Part shown: in pieces, positions 40,458 to 57,310 of the stretch
Layout: every line of letters begins with the position of its first letter
How positions within the stretch are numbered: position 1 is the first letter of the stretch
Assembly: GCF_009914755.1 (NCBI RefSeq)
Contig: NC_060929.1
Length of the DNA: 64,000 bases
Source of the DNA: the human T2T-CHM13v2.0 reference genome, Homo sapiens
Direction: 5' to 3' (one strand)
Position numbers and translations under genes: made by a program
Notes under the pieces: generated by a model
The model's input: the letters and a program-made list of their open reading frames with translations, nothing else
The model's database searches: none
What the model was told of the DNA's origin: nothing

Positions 40458-42773
40458 TAATGGAATCTAACTGCCTAAGGCTGAAACCTGAGCTTCACAT
40501 TCATCCCCATAGCCCACCAGGACTTCAAGTCCTATAGCTTCTGTTGTCTAAATATGTCTCTATATGTGTCCTCTTCCTTTAACGCTTAGTCCGGGTGTCA
40601 AGTTCTCTGTATCCCAAAGCCCTTCATCTTAACTCAACAAAGCTTCTTATACTGTATTATGACCTCCTACCTTCTTGACTGTCTCTCCTCCTTGGCAGAC
40701 TTCTCTAGCACCTGTTATAATGTCCAGAACATACGACTTGCTCATCCTGTGTGTGTTAAATGAATGAATGAATGCATGAATGAATGATTGTGGGGAGAAA
40801 AGATAAGATTGGTCAAGGAGTTGAGGATTCAATTCTAGAGGCAGTAGCCTTTGGACCAGACTTGCTGGACGGGGTAGTTAGTGAAGGTGTTAGATTGGTG
40901 GGGGAGATGACATGATTTAAGGAATACATTCCAAAGACCAGACAACAAGGGAACACAAAGTAAGATTACAGACACTTTCAGTAACCTTTCAAGGCTCAAC
41001 AGAGGCATTGCTGGTTATTTGGTAACAGTTTCCTTCAGTTGGTTTAAGGGCCCCATGGTCTGATTCCAGGGCATTACTAGAATGTGTGAGAAGAAACACT
41101 GCAAAGACCTGTCAGGTATGGAGAGAGGGGATCAAGCAGGATTATCATGGCAAATAAACCTCTCCCTGGAGCCTGAGATGATGAGCTCAACAATGGCATG
41201 AGTGCCTTTTGAAAACTCCTCAAAAATAGCTGCGATCTTTGGGGTTTAGCTTTCTCAACAACAATGAAAAAAATATGTCATAATTGCCCATTTTAAAAAG
41301 CTTCATCCTTCTTTCAACAGGATAAAATGATCCTAGTAATTTGGAGCTCAGAGAAGAAGGCTCATTATGTCTTGTTATCCCCAGCTCCCCAGCTTCCCAC
41401 ATGAAAGACTGACAACACACTTCCCCGCCTCCTGTTTTCAGGCCCTTCTCTCCCTGTTAAATCTTGTAGCAATTAGCAGGCATTTCACGGCCCATTTCTG
41501 TCAAATAATTTGACTTGGCAAAAACCGGTGCCCTTGTAACCATCTGAGGACTGCAAATCATTTTCTGTGTTCCAGATGAAGAGAGATTTTGAAATTCTTG
41601 GTGGGCGAGTTGCTGGAAACCAAATACAACCTCCCTGAATCCTGATTTCCTCTTAGGCTTAGACTTGGGGTTAGAGAATAGCATGGACACATCTGTCCCC
41701 AAGTGTCCTGACACTCCGAGTCATCTGCTCCTCAGTCCCTCCTTGTGGAAACTCTATTTTCTTGGTTCTACAGTACCTTACATTTTGGCTGGCTGTTCCT
41801 TGGTGTCCTGTGTAAGTGCCTGCTCCCTTGTTGATCTGCTCTGTCCTGCCCAGCTCTCATCTTGGTTTTCTTGGAGTCATCTTACCCACAATCTTAGCTT
41901 GTATTTATGTTCTGACAACTCCCAAGTCTATATGACCAACCTCATCTCTTTTCTGCATTCTGGACCACACATCTAGTGACTTGCCTGATCTACACACTTG
42001 AGCGTCTCATTAGTTTCTCCAACTCAGCACCTGATGGTGTGGCCCCTTCTGCTGTTCTTTTGACTGATAGTTGGACTGGAAACAACATGGATGATTCTTT
42101 CAGATAGCCTCTCCAATGCATCTTCATAAAATCAAGTCTGATAGCATTCCCTTATTCCAAATCCTTCAATGACTTTGCAAAGATATTCATATTAAGGTTA
42201 AATTTCTTACAAAACTCAAGGTTCCCCTGACCACCTCCCTCTACCACCCTTCTTGGCTCTGTCCATAGCCCAGAGGTTAAAACCCTGGCTCTGCAGCAAG
42301 TGAGAATTTAATTCAAATGTTGGCTTCGCCACAAAAAAAGCCCTATGTCCCTGGGAAGGTTATTTAACCCCAACAATCTTGAAGCTTCTAGCTTATGAAA
42401 TGAGAGATCATAACTGTACCCTCTTATAGTAGGGGAGGTTATATCCACAATAGCACCCACAATAGGAGGGTTGTGAGGATTAAATAGCCCAATCCGCATG
42501 GTATCCTGCCTGGCAAATATACTCAAGAAGGACTACTTCTAAGTAATGTCAGCTTACCGACTGCCTTAGGGTATTACTTACCTTGTTCCCTCCTCCCTGC
42601 CTCACCAGTTCTGATTTAGAAGCCCTACATCTATTGTGCAGTGATCAGGGTCTCATCCCAAGGCAGCACCTCACATCTATGTGAGTTTACAGTTTGTCTG
42701 TCTCTTGCCTGGTACTATTACAGCCTTGAGACCAGAAACTAGGTTTTTACCAAAGCTTGTTTCTCACGGCATA

Positions 42774-45006
<2,233 letters not shown>

Positions 45007-46774
45007 GCATACCTAGTGCCTAACACAATCCTTGGAATTTTGCAAATGTAAAACAGATATGTATTGAAAAAGTGAATGGATGGATGGATAAATGGGAGGA
45101 TGGATGATAGCTACATAAGTGGGTGGTTGTGAGGAATTAATGGAACAAGTACTGTATGTGGAATTGTCTATACCAGTGCTGTGCCTGTCCAGACTCAGCA
45201 TATGTTGTTTCCCTTCCCTTTCCCTTAACAATCATCCTGGAATGCTTGGGAAGAACAATCTAGGAAGGCAGCTGGGGTTGAGTAATTTTGCCATCATTTT
45301 TCTCATTGTGCAACCTTGAGAGGGTTGTTTAACCTCCTTGCCCCTCTGTTTTCTTGGGGATGAGTCAACCACCTATATAAAGAGCTGACAAATCCCTGGC
45401 ATATGGTGGCCCTTAAATAAGGTTAACAGAAGGGCCTCATGCCACTGGAGAATGCTGGGGGTGGGGTCTTTAGCACCATAACCATCTGACAGAAGTGTGG
45501 AGCAACATTTGGGGAATGACAACTTGGTGAAAATCACTGGCACCATCCAAAGAAGACATCCCCACAGGGTCTGGTTGAGAAATCATTAACTGTAAAGGCA
45601 GTGAGACAGTGTCATCATTTTATGAGACGTGCCAGGAGCCAGCTGCAAAATAGGAAGGGAGGAAAGACTTCTGAACTCCAGCCAATTTTGAGTAATCAGA
45701 GATTGGTGTGGCCGATTGGCCACTAGAGAGCACCACTAGCACCAAAATGTTGCGGGAAGAGTGGTGTAGGATGGGCGAAAACCCCTTAGAGGAAGGAAGA
45801 ATGTTTGCCGGCAAATTTTCTCGCAGGAATTTAGCATTCTATGAGGCCATCTGTAAGATTTGACAGAGCAGAAACAGCATCCAAATCTGCTTGTGGAAAT
45901 GAATTGAAGTGAATCAGAACAAAATTCACACGTATCTTTCTGATAGCTTCCTTGCACCATGTTCCTATGGGTTCCAGTGTGTTCCTATGCATTCTAAATG
46001 TAGAACGTTACACAAAAGTTTTAGTATATTTTCATAGTTTACATTTAACAAATTGAAATTTTTAATACACATACATACTGAGGCTCTATGTGTAAACTCC
46101 TCAGGTGGTAATTGCAAAAGTCTAAATTTGAGATCTCAACTTGGGCCAAATAGCACATCTGCCTTTCCCACTGGTGGGCTCTGAATATTGGGGACGCATG
46201 TATGCTTTCATCCAAATACATTATTTCATTGCAAAAAAAAAAAAATAGGAAAGGAGATAAAAGACATGAGGGAAGAAAGGAAGAGGAAAAGAAAGAAGAG
46301 AAGACGAAGAAACCAAGGAAGAAAGGAAGACAAGCTTAAAAAATCCCTTGTCTAGATTGCTTTTTGATAATTTGAAATTCTCAAACTCGTGGTTTCTTTG
46401 GAAAGGAAACAGGCAGGATTTGGTTTGGTTTTGCCAGTATCACTCTTAACAGGAGGCAGCTCTTTGAAAAATCAAACTGTCATTAATTTCTTGAATCTTG
46501 CTCTAAAACTCTATTTTTCAAGCATAGTCATTTAATCATTTTAGCTTCTCTGCAGAAGAACCCTGAAATCTCAGTGTCTTGGCACAATCAAAGTTTATTC
46601 TTCAATCACATAAAGCTTAATTGTTGTTGGGGTAGAAAGGGAGAGTCTCTGGTCACATGCTCACTCAGACTCAGGCAAACAAATGTGCTGCTATTTTCCA
46701 AAGGGTCCCCAGGGCTGCTCTGGGTGTAGCCATTTGATGAGATCCTGGGGGTCAAATGGGGGTATTCATGAGTC

Positions 46775-47112
46775 CCATGGACCAAATGTTGGTGTCCCCC
46801 ATAATTCGTATGTTGGAACCCAATACCCAATGGGACAGTATTCAGAGTTGGTGTCTTTGGGAAGCAGTTAAGCCATGGGGGCTCCACCCTCATGAATGGG
46901 ATTAGTGCCTATATAAGCCAAGCAACCTTGCCACTTCCGCCATGTGAGGATGCAGCAACAAGGTGCCAGCTATGAAGCCCTCGCCAGACACTAAATCTGC
47001 CAGTGCCTTGATCTTGGGCCGCCCAGCCTCCAGAACTGTGACAATACATTTCTGCATTTATAAATTACCTAGTCTCTAGTATTTTGTTACAGCAGCTTGA
47101 AGGAACTAAGAG
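46775..47112 (+). mobile_element. MST/MLT1A-type LTR nested in an older antisense MLT1 (about 46530-47300)
   Basis: CCCTCATGAATGGGATTAGTGCC..GCCAGTGCCTTGATCTTGG..TTTATAAATTACC. Confidence 0.75.
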
Positions 47113-47411
47113 AATGGGCCAGGTTAGGAAGTGATGTATGTCACCTGTGTCCTTATTCTATGCTCATAGCTCCTTCTGTCTGCAAAGAGGTGGGGAAATG
47201 TAGTCCCTGCCTGGGAAGTTGCCTCCCAGCAACAATTCTATATTAGAAGAAGTGAGAACAAATTGTTGGTCAGCTAGCCATCTCCATCATATCACTTCTC
47301 AGTTCTTACCATGTCTGGGAACCATCTGGACCATTATGTACTTAAAATATTTCTTTAAATTGGCTCATGTTTTTTGTTTTTTGTTTTTTTTCTTTAAAAA
47401 TGTATTTTAAG

Positions 47412-47697
<286 letters not shown>

Positions 47698-48325
47698 AAA
47701 AATGTATTTTAAAATATTTATTTCCTTCTCTAAATAGAAAGCTGTCTCACCGGCCACAAATTAAAAGTAGCAGGGAAAAACAACAGTATAAAAACAAAGC
47801 AAGATGATTAAATTCAAGGCGGACACTGTTAACCAAAACAAGTGCTGAGCTTGAGGCCTGCTCTGTGTTAAAAAGGGAGGCAAGGCATGGGGCCAAACTG
47901 GCTTCTAACCCTGATGGCATCATCACGACCAGGAGAAGGGCAAATGTCAAAATTTCCCTCCTGAACCAAGTCAGTGTCCCTAAAAAGACTACCTCTGTCC
48001 ACTGTCGTCGTGTGCCACTTGCTCCCCCCACACTTTTGGAAGCTTCTCTGCAGGAAGAAGAGGGGATACTCCTTGTAAGAGCAAAACAGCAGTGGCTTTG
48101 GGTTCTAATGTGTACCTTTCTTATATCAATGCTTGTAAATTACTTTCTCTCTCTCTCTCTCAGTCTCAGCAAGGAGGGAATACTAAGTTGTTGAAGGAAG
48201 CAAACATTGGCATAGTGCTTTGCAAACCACTTGGTTAGGAGCGTACTGTTAGCTAAAAGTGTTTGCATAAAATGCCCCAAGACTATACTTCAAACCCAAG
48301 ACTCTAAAGAATTGTTCATTGCAAA

Positions 48326-48681
48326 TGCTAGGGACTGAATATCTGTGTCCCTCAAAATCTATATGTTGAAACCTAACCCCCAATGTGATGGGATAGGAGG
48401 TGGGGCCTTTGGGAAGTGATCAGGTCATGAGGGAGGGGCCCTCATGACTGGGATTACAACCCTTATCAAAGAGGCCCCAGAGAGCTTCAGTTTCTTCCAC
48501 CATGTGAGGAAACAGTGACAAGACACTATGAAGCAGAAAGCAGGCCTTCACCAGACACTGAATCTGCCTGCACTTTGATTTTGGAATTCCCAGCCACTAG
48601 GACTGGGAGAAATAAATTTCTGTTGTTTGAAAGTACCGAGTTTATGGTATTTTGGTATCACAGCCCAAATGGACTAAAACA
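48326..48681 (+). mobile_element. MLT1A0-like LTR
   Basis: TGCTAGGGACTGAAT..ATATGTTGAAACCTAACCCCCAATGTGATG..CAGCCCAAATGGACTAAAACA. Confidence 0.85.
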
Positions 48682-48719
48682 ATGAGGGAGGCCAGAGCAA
48701 GGAAACTTATATTAACTAG

Positions 48720-49270
48720 GAAGACTTCACAGCAAGGTCCTCAAGAATAGCTAGGTATTCCCCAGGGGAGGGAATCCCAGGCAAGGTGGCAGTCATGCAG
48801 AGATCCAGAGCTGGAAGAAGGGTGGAGAGGTTGAAGCGTGGAGCTAGGGCAAGATGGGAAGAGAGATGAAGTCAAACAAATGAACAGGACTCAGATCCCG
48901 CAGAGCCTTCAATGCTGCTCCAAGCAGCTTGGACTCTATGCACAGGCAATGGGAGATGCAGAAGCATGACAAGATGAGATCTACATTTTGGACAGATTTG
49001 GTCACTTTGACAAAAGTCTGGAAGAGGGGATGCAAAGGTGACATGGCACTAAAGGGAGGACCAGCTGAGGATGGATAAGCCTGGAGAACCAGGCAAAGTG
49101 CCATGTGGCAGACTGAGGAGCAGTCAGGCCTGGGAGGATGGGAGGTAAGGAAGTGTAGCAGCCACTTCTCAGTGGCCTGAGACTGCCAATGGCAGTGGGG
49201 TTGGAAACTGGAGGATGCTCTGGGTGTATTGGACAGGACTTCGGGAACTTGGGTGAATCTTGCACCCTTG
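48720..49270 (-). mobile_element. L2 fragment
   Basis: GGCAATGGGAGATGCAGAAG..ATGAGATCTACATTTTGGACAGAT. Confidence 0.6.
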
Positions 49271-49324
49271 ACCTTGACAACATCAGAATTAATTCATCTC
49301 CAAAATATCTATTGGCACTAGGAG

Positions 49325-49492
49325 GATGGCCCTGGGAATACGGCTGAGAGGCAAGTGGGGCACCTGAGACACAAAATTTTGGGAGGCACTCCCTCTCTGG
49401 GCTGTGTGATAGAGAATCTGTGGTTGAGAGTGAGTACCTCCTTAAATGTTGTGCTCAAAGCACCTTGCTTGCTTCATTCTAACAAAGCAACA
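49325..49492. mobile_element. MER91-like hAT-Tip100 MITE
   Basis: GAGGCAAGTGGGGCACC..CAAAATTTTGGGAGGCACTC..GAGAGTGAGTACCTCCTTAAAT; internally palindromic. Confidence 0.65.
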
Positions 49493-49707
49493 GGCTACTC
49501 TCATGGAGTTTATGATCTAATGGAATTTACAGACGACATGCAAATAACTCATGAACGTGATTTTACATCATGGTAAGAAACACGAGGAAGACACCAAGGT
49601 GTGGCAAATGTTTGTGGGGCAGTGGCCAGGTGGGGCAGGCCCCAGACCTTGCTAGGGGCCTGGGATGCATCCTCATCGCGATGGGAGCTGCCAGAGGGCA
49701 GGGACCC

Positions 49708-50258
49708 TGAAACTGTCCTCACAGGGCTCACAAGAATTATATGCCAGGCTCTGGTCAGAAATATGTTTATAATTAAGTGTTAATCAGGCTGCCATTTGGC
49801 CTACTTCCTTGTAACCAAAAGTCACACAGCACCAGGTACTGACCATTTGCACTCCCATTGTTCCTGTAGATAGGATTTCTGATGTTAGAATCATAAGGCT
49901 TTTTCTTTAAGAATTGCTTAAGATGCTCTTCAGACTCTGAATTCCAGTGGAAGAGCTAATGCCAATCAATTTAAAGACCCCTGCAGAGGAACCAAATCGG
50001 TGTGAGAATGCAGTTTCTTTAGCTCCCTGTTGCATGAATTCACCTGGCACTCTTCAACTAATCAAAGGTCCCCACACCTCAGCCCACTCCAAACCCCTTA
50101 AAATTCCTACCCCCAAACCCCTCGGGAGAGAGATTTGAGGTTTCCTCCTATCTCCTTGTTTGGCTGCTCTATGATTTTTAAACTCTTTCTCTGATGCAAC
50201 CTCTGTGTCTCATTATATTGACTTGCTGTGCATTGGGCAAAAACCCATTATGGTTACA
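49708..50258 (+). mobile_element. ERV1-class solo LTR (MER49/MER39-like)
   Basis: TG..CA ends; AGAAATATGTTTATAATTAAG..AATCAGGCTG; ATAGGATTTCTGATGTTAGAATC. Confidence 0.7.
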
Positions 50259-51857
50259 ATACAACACAATTTGGTCCCCATATCTGTACAGCACTTGGCT
50301 ACATGAGGAGAATGGACAGAAGGGGGCAAATTGGGAAGCCCAGAGGCCACAAGGAGGCCATGGCCATCGTCCATGCAAGAGAGGGTGATGGCTTGGACTG
50401 GGTGGGGGCCATGGGAATGGGAGGAAGAGGATAAATTTGGAGACCGTTTCTGAGACAGAGCAGCTGGGACTTGCTATTGGAGTGGAGACATGGAGAAAAA
50501 AAGGACAAGAGAAGGACAAGAGAGAATGCAAAGGCACCTGAAAGAACAATTTTCAGTGTCTCCAACTCAGAACTCGCATTTAACAACATACATTTCTAAT
50601 GTTTTCTGGTTCTGTCCCTGTTTGCCATCTGCCTTCTGGTTGATGAAGCTGGTGTGAGGTCTTCAATTGCTGTCCACAGTGGTTTCTCCTGTCAGAGCCA
50701 TCTTGGGTCAGGATGGCCAGGGGAGTCAAGGATGAGGAGATGCAGAGCATTCCTGAAGCTTCATGGGGATGAGAACATCATTTTAAGGCCTTCATTAATG
50801 AGAAATGTCCTCCCGTGGTGTGGGGGGAGAGAGCTTTGTGTTTGTGTGAAAGCCCATTAAACTTCATTATTTAGTTGAGAATATCCCGCTGGGAGCTGGG
50901 GAGGGGAAGAGAATCCATTTTCCCTGAGGGCTGGGGCCCTCCGAAGGTTGAAAGAAAAAAGTCCAAGTAAAAGAAAGGAAATAATCTCCTTCAAACAGTA
51001 GGTAGACCCGGCAGGAAGTCTTAGCCCTGAGTGGAAGAGCTAGAGGTTCTAGTAAGAAGGGGGCATTGTGTAGCTATAAGAGACCCAGCTTCCAGCAAGT
51101 TTCCACCCTTGCTTCCTCACTTGAGGGCAGCTCCTTGCATCCGTGGGTCTGACTTTTCTGCGGCAGCCTGGCCAAGGATTCTTGGGACTGGGGCTGGGTG
51201 GGGGTGGGAGCCTTGCCTCCCCGACCTCTGCGAGGATAAGTAAACAAGCAGGCAAGGACAAAGGCCAAGGGCATTAAATCCCAATTATTCACTAGTCCTA
51301 AATACTTCCTGTGAGAACAATTTGTCATTGACATACTTAATTAGACTCTTGACCAATAGTTTCCAGATGTGGGGATTTTTGCTAAAAAAAAAAAAAAAAA
51401 AAAAACCCAAGCACAGATGTTTTCCATATTTAATAAGACAGCTGAGGCAAACCCTTGGGGAAGAAAAAGAATAGAAGAGCTACAGGTTCTGTAATCATAA
51501 CTTAGTGGATCAGGAAAGAGGATCCATTGGCCTTGGGGTCTTTCAAAACAAATAAATGTTGGCAAAGACAGAGGTCACCAGGGGCTGTCTGCTGTAGCCA
51601 CGGCCCTGGGCTTCCACATCCTCTGAACTTGGAGCAGCCCTAACACTGGAAAACTCTGGGTCCATTTTACATATGTGGGCAACTGAGGAGGAAAACTCTG
51701 AGAGACCATGAGTTTGAGAGTCAGAATTTGAACCCAAGTCCCTAAGTCCTTGAGTGAAAGAAGCAAGTCAGTCATGTTGAGCAGGATACCCTGGAAGATC
51801 CTCATCTTTGGAAAACAGGGCTTCAACAGTTACGGAGTTCTTCTGCACCGCTAATCC

Positions 51858-52022
51858 AGGGCCAGTCCTGGGATGAGGCAAGCAAGAGACCCCTGAAAGC
51901 AACACTTAAGTGGGTGCTTGGTTTCAGGTACCCAACCCGTACTTGTGTGTCTCTGAGAGCCAGCACTTCCTTAAATTTTGCATCCTGGGTTCCTCATTTG
52001 TCTCATCCTAGTCCTGTCCCTG
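51858..52022. mobile_element. MER91-like hAT MITE
   Basis: Terminal inverted repeats CAGGGCCAGTCCTGGGATGAGGCAA / TTGTCTCATCCTAGTCCTGTCCCTG. Confidence 0.7.
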
Positions 52023-52806
52023 AATTTCCATCATTGTCACAATCTTGTCTTCCCTGACTTCTCACTTAGATTTACCCAGTTGCCTCCTAACTGGTTTCCC
52101 TGCCCTGTCTTTCCTCCTCATCTATCTGCCCTCCACTGTGACAGAGAGATCTTCCCACAGCCTGAGTTCCATCCCCGCACTCCCATGTATGAAACCCTCC
52201 CAGAACTCCCTATGGCCCTTGGGACTAGGTCACACTTCTCAGCTGGACATTCAAGGCCTTCCATCCTCAGCCGTGCTGGGCTACCCGTCAGCCTCCTGCC
52301 TTCTCTGCCTCCACCCCACAGTCTTACTCACACCCTGCAACTAGCCACAGGACTGTTTGTGCTTTCCCTGATACATTTGGCTGCTATCCTGGCCTCTGTC
52401 TCTGTAACCCAGGTGATCCCTTGGCTGAGAACTCCCTGCCTCCTCTCTTCCCACTCTGCCCCCACTGCAGCTCCTTAACAAGGAGAGCCTCTCTCTCTTC
52501 AAGACACTGCCTGTTCTGGCCGGCCCTGCTCCCTGTAGACTCTCTCCTCTTGCTTTATGTCTGCACTGTGCTCCACTCATGAGCCTCTTGTGGCAGCCAG
52601 AATGGCTGGCTTGTTCACTAGGCTGTCGCCATGGGGCAGTCCATCCCATGAGGCGAGGACTGCCACATCCCCCTTCTTATTCCTCCCCGCTCCTCTGTGG
52701 AACAGACTGAGCCAGGCAGTGGCCACTCATTTGCTGACTGAATTAATGAGGCAGTTGGGGTGGACACTCACCACACTCTACAGATGAGGAAATAGGCCGG
52801 TCTAGC

Positions 52807-53102
52807 AGAGATCGCAAACTCAAATGCCCCCTGGGAACAGGTGGGAGCTGTACCTGAGCGAGGCACTGGGATTGCTTACCATGCATGGGGGCTGCCAGTC
52901 CTCTGCTGGGGCCCACGGTTGTCCTGTGCAAAGTGTCACTTGTGGCTGGATCCATCATCTGGGTGAGTTATAAAAGGCAAGACAGGAAGATTATATTTGA
53001 CAACTAGTTGAAATGATTTAAAACACTCTGCATGCAGCCCAAAGCAAATCCACCCGTGTGCGAGTCAGTTTCCACCTGGGGGCTGCTGGTGTGCGACCTC
53101 TG
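52807..53102. mobile_element. MER102-like hAT-Charlie element
   Basis: Terminal inverted repeats CAGAGATCGCAAAC / GTGTGCGACCTCTG; CAAACTCAAATGCC start. Confidence 0.7.
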
Positions 53103-53604
53103 AGAGGTTGGGTGATTGTCTCGTGCACCCCAAAGTCAGGCCTTCCTCTGACTCTCTGCCCAGCACTCTCTGCACCTTCCTCTCATCACAGCTCCCATGG
53201 CAGGAACAAAGAGGTGGCATTTGAGCAAGGGGCAACAGTCAGGGACCTCCATCCCTCCGGCCTTCCCAGGTGCTCATGCCTCTTCCCTTCCCTTGGTCAT
53301 GGGGCTGCTGCCTCCTTTACATTGTGACTCGCGTGGCATTTGGAGATTCAACTTGACGAAGCTCAGAAGGGAACTGGGATGCAAAGAGAAGAAGGTAATC
53401 AGGGGGTCACATTTTCTTGTGCTTGTGAAATGACCTGCTTTGGCGATAGGATAGTTTCTATCTGTTTTATACCTTCTATTCCTTTAAAATTCTCGAATTG
53501 TCAAAATCCTACCTTGGACGTGTGGCTAAAAGGGATAACCTTGCCCAACAGAGAAAGCTGGTGAACAATCACTTGTCCTCTTTTTTTTTTGGCAGAACTC
53601 CACC

Positions 53605-53635
<31 letters not shown>

Positions 53636-53979
53636 GAGAGAGAGAGAGGGAGAGAGAGTGTGTGTGTGTTTAAAGAACAATCTTCATTTGATTATTTGAT
53701 TTGTTGAAAAGAACAAGGAAGCACCAGGCCTGGGATCAGGAAACCTGGGTTCTAATCACAACAGGAGTACCTTCCATGCTCTGAGATCTTGAACTAGTCT
53801 CCTCGTTAGTAAAATGAGTGTGGGATAGAGTTTTACAGGTGATTCTGAGGGTAGCAGAGTCCTGTGTGGAAAAGCACATAATACACTGGCTGCGATATGG
53901 AGTAGGTTCTCAGTTAAGGACTCGTTGAATATGAATTAAGGAAGAGCAAAACTGGAAGGAATACTAGATATCGACTACA

Positions 53980-54332
53980 ACAGTGGTCGATAATCTATAA
54001 CCGATGGGCCAAATCTGGCTTCATACTTGTTTTTGTAAATGACGTTTTATGGCTACGCTTGTGCCACCACAGCAGAGTGGAGTAGTTGTGACAAAGACTG
54101 CATGGCCTGCAAACGCTGAAATATTTACTGTACAGAAAAAAGTTCACCAACCTCTGATCTAAATTCCATTCAGAGTGTGTCCATGGAGCAGCGGTGTCAG
54201 CCTCATCAGAGAGCTCATTAGATATGCAGAACCTCAGGCCCCCATCCAGACCCACAAAATCAAAATCTGTATTTTAATTAGATCACCATCTGAGTCATAT
54301 GCACGTCAAAGTTTGAGAAGCACAGTTCTGGG
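53980..54332. mobile_element. MER58A followed by MER5-type element
   Basis: GGGCCAAATCTGGC..TTTTGTAAAT..AAATATTTACT; then GAGCTCATTAGATATGCAGA..AAAGTTTGAGAAGCAC. Confidence 0.7.
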
Positions 54333-55325
54333 TCTAGAGATGCATTCATTTTCTACATACTGTTGCCCAGCAAGATGAAGTGATTTGCCCAGGACAGAAC
54401 CAAGACTAAGAACTGGTCTTCTAATTTTCATCTTTTTCCTACATCTGCTGTGCCAAGTCTTGTCTCTTCTTTTCCTCTCCTGAGCCTCCTGTTCTCCGTC
54501 TCCTTCTCGACCATCTGTGGGGTACCCAATGTGTAAAGCATGCTTGGTCAGCATCCATTGTTGTACTTGCTGATGAGAGCAGCTCAGGTTCTTTGAGAGG
54601 AGACCATGTGCTTTCAGCTGCACTACAGTTTTCCCAGATAAGGAGATTGAGGCACATAGAAGTTGTGGCACTTACTCAAGGTCACGGGGTCGGGATTTGA
54701 GCACAGCCGTCTGACCCAGGAGCCTGGAGGCCCCGTCTACAAGCTTGTTCTCCCTCTAGCATGGTGAGCCCCCAGCTTATCCCTGCACTTCCACATGGTG
54801 AAAACACTTTAGGAACTAACTTGGTTACCCCATTCTTTCATCTCCCCCTAATCCAGGGGTTTTCAAGCCAGATTTTTATAAAAGGAGGGAACTTCTTTCT
54901 TGAAGAAATGGTCGAGACCAGATGAGAATGGAACATCTTGCTGAGCCAGAGGAAAAGGAGGTCCTATCAGGTAAGCAGGATCATGTCAGAAGGACATGGC
55001 AGCTGGTTTGAAGGAGCTCCCACTTGATTTGATTAACAAGGTGAATGATGAAGGTAACATATTTTAACATATTAATTTAAAAATATCCATGGCTCCATAG
55101 CAGCATCTATATAATCTCCAAAGAGACCATCTGAGCAACCTGTAGATCAAGTAAAGCAATATTTATAAGACCCACTGCAGTAAAGGACACCACCTTGATA
55201 GCATCTCAGAAGGGGAAATACAGGGAAGAATACTTGTAGAGTTTTAGGGCCTGGGATAGGTGATTTTGAGGTTGCATGTAGGGTGATCAGCTGTCTCAAT
55301 TTGCCAAGGGCGTTGATGGTTTTAG

Positions 55326-55719
<394 letters not shown>

Positions 55720-57189
55720 CTCAGATTACTTATTAATTGCGAAGAAGAAAATGTGTCTTTATAATAGAGAGAGATGAAGTAACAATTAGAACCAAGTGGT
55801 CAAGTCTTAGAACTGCCCATAATGAGCTGGCATTGTTTGCCTCCTGATAGGACACAGTGGGAGGTGTACAAGCCACGTGTGCAGTGGTCTCATTGGAAAT
55901 GTTTGGCCTGAATGTTTGAATTGAATAATGGGGAGATAGTCAGATGAATGCAGAAAGTAGATCTGGTCTGGAATCATTACAATATTTAATGAGGGGGATA
56001 AAAAAATAAAAAAGTTAAATGTAATCTATGTACCTTTACTGAATTCTGGAGAAAGGAGGAAGAAACAAAAAGAAGGAAGGAAAGATGGAAGGAAGGAAGA
56101 AGACAGTTTTAGAGAACATTTGGGGACAATCAAAATATACTGAACATTGCATATTTGATGCTGTTATTGAATTAATTCTGCTTTTCTGATGTGAGGTTTT
56201 TTCCTGCTAGTGCCTTGATCTTGGACTTCCCAGTCCCCAGAATGGTAAGAAATAAATGTCTGTTGTTTAAGTCACCCAGTCTATAATATTTTGTTAGAGC
56301 AACCTGAACAGGCTAAGATAACCCCCAAATTTACAGCCCATTCTCTAAAAACTGACTGTTGCTCTGGCAAATGGCTCACTTGAGTTAGGATTTTTAATTT
56401 ATTTGGGCAAAAGTATATCAATATCATTTAGAAAACACCATAGATGTCCGTCATACTGCTCCAGAATGAAACGCCGTTACAGTGAGTTGCAGAAAAGCCA
56501 CACTTGTGAGAACAGGGCAGTCAATCAGTGCACCCTCTTTGCTTTTTGAATGAGAGCACTGAAGGTCAGAGAGGTTGACGGTTTTCACTCAGGTCACACA
56601 GCTAAGTGCAAACAGAACTGGGGCTGGAATCAAAAACTGCATTCTGGTGCCAAGCTTCTCACCCTTCATGTACTGACTTTTGCTTTTTAACCCTGTCCGT
56701 TTCTCTGCTAGACTCAGCAGAAAAGCAAAGTAGCATAAGATACCTATAAATCAGAGAGACAAGGCATGTGTCCCCGAAGTTAAATAATCACAACAGGGAA
56801 GCAGACTACAGGTAGCAGCTGCTGTGGCATTCCCACAATTCCTCTCCATCAAATCCTCCGTGTCCATGCTGCAGCTGCTGGGCTGCAGAGGCTCAGAGCT
56901 CACCTGTCACCGGAAATGGTCCTTGAGTGAGGAGCATTGCCCTTTTTAGGGAAGCGCATGGCCCATGACTGGCTGATGTGTGACGACAGAAGCTGGCCCC
57001 ACTTGCCTCAGTTTAGCATGACTCTGCAGGGTCAGAGCAGGCCCTGATCTCCCCAAGAAGCGATCAACATTGGACTCAGTTGCAACCACATTGTAGCTCA
57101 GCTTCTCCCCGGCACAAAGCCACTTGCGAATCTTCCTTCTTCTCCTGACCCCACGGGGCTTCCCTGGGTTTTGGGGTGCCCTGCTAGAG

Positions 57190-57192
<3 letters not shown>

Positions 57193-57287
<95 letters not shown>

Positions 57288-57310
57288 TTTACATATACAC
57301 ACACACGCAC
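57193..57310. repeat. (CT)26(AT)16 plus CA-rich compound microsatellite
   Basis: Directly visible; lies between an LTR16-like segment (about 56820-57190) and an antisense L1ME fragment (about 57310-57745). Confidence 0.95.
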
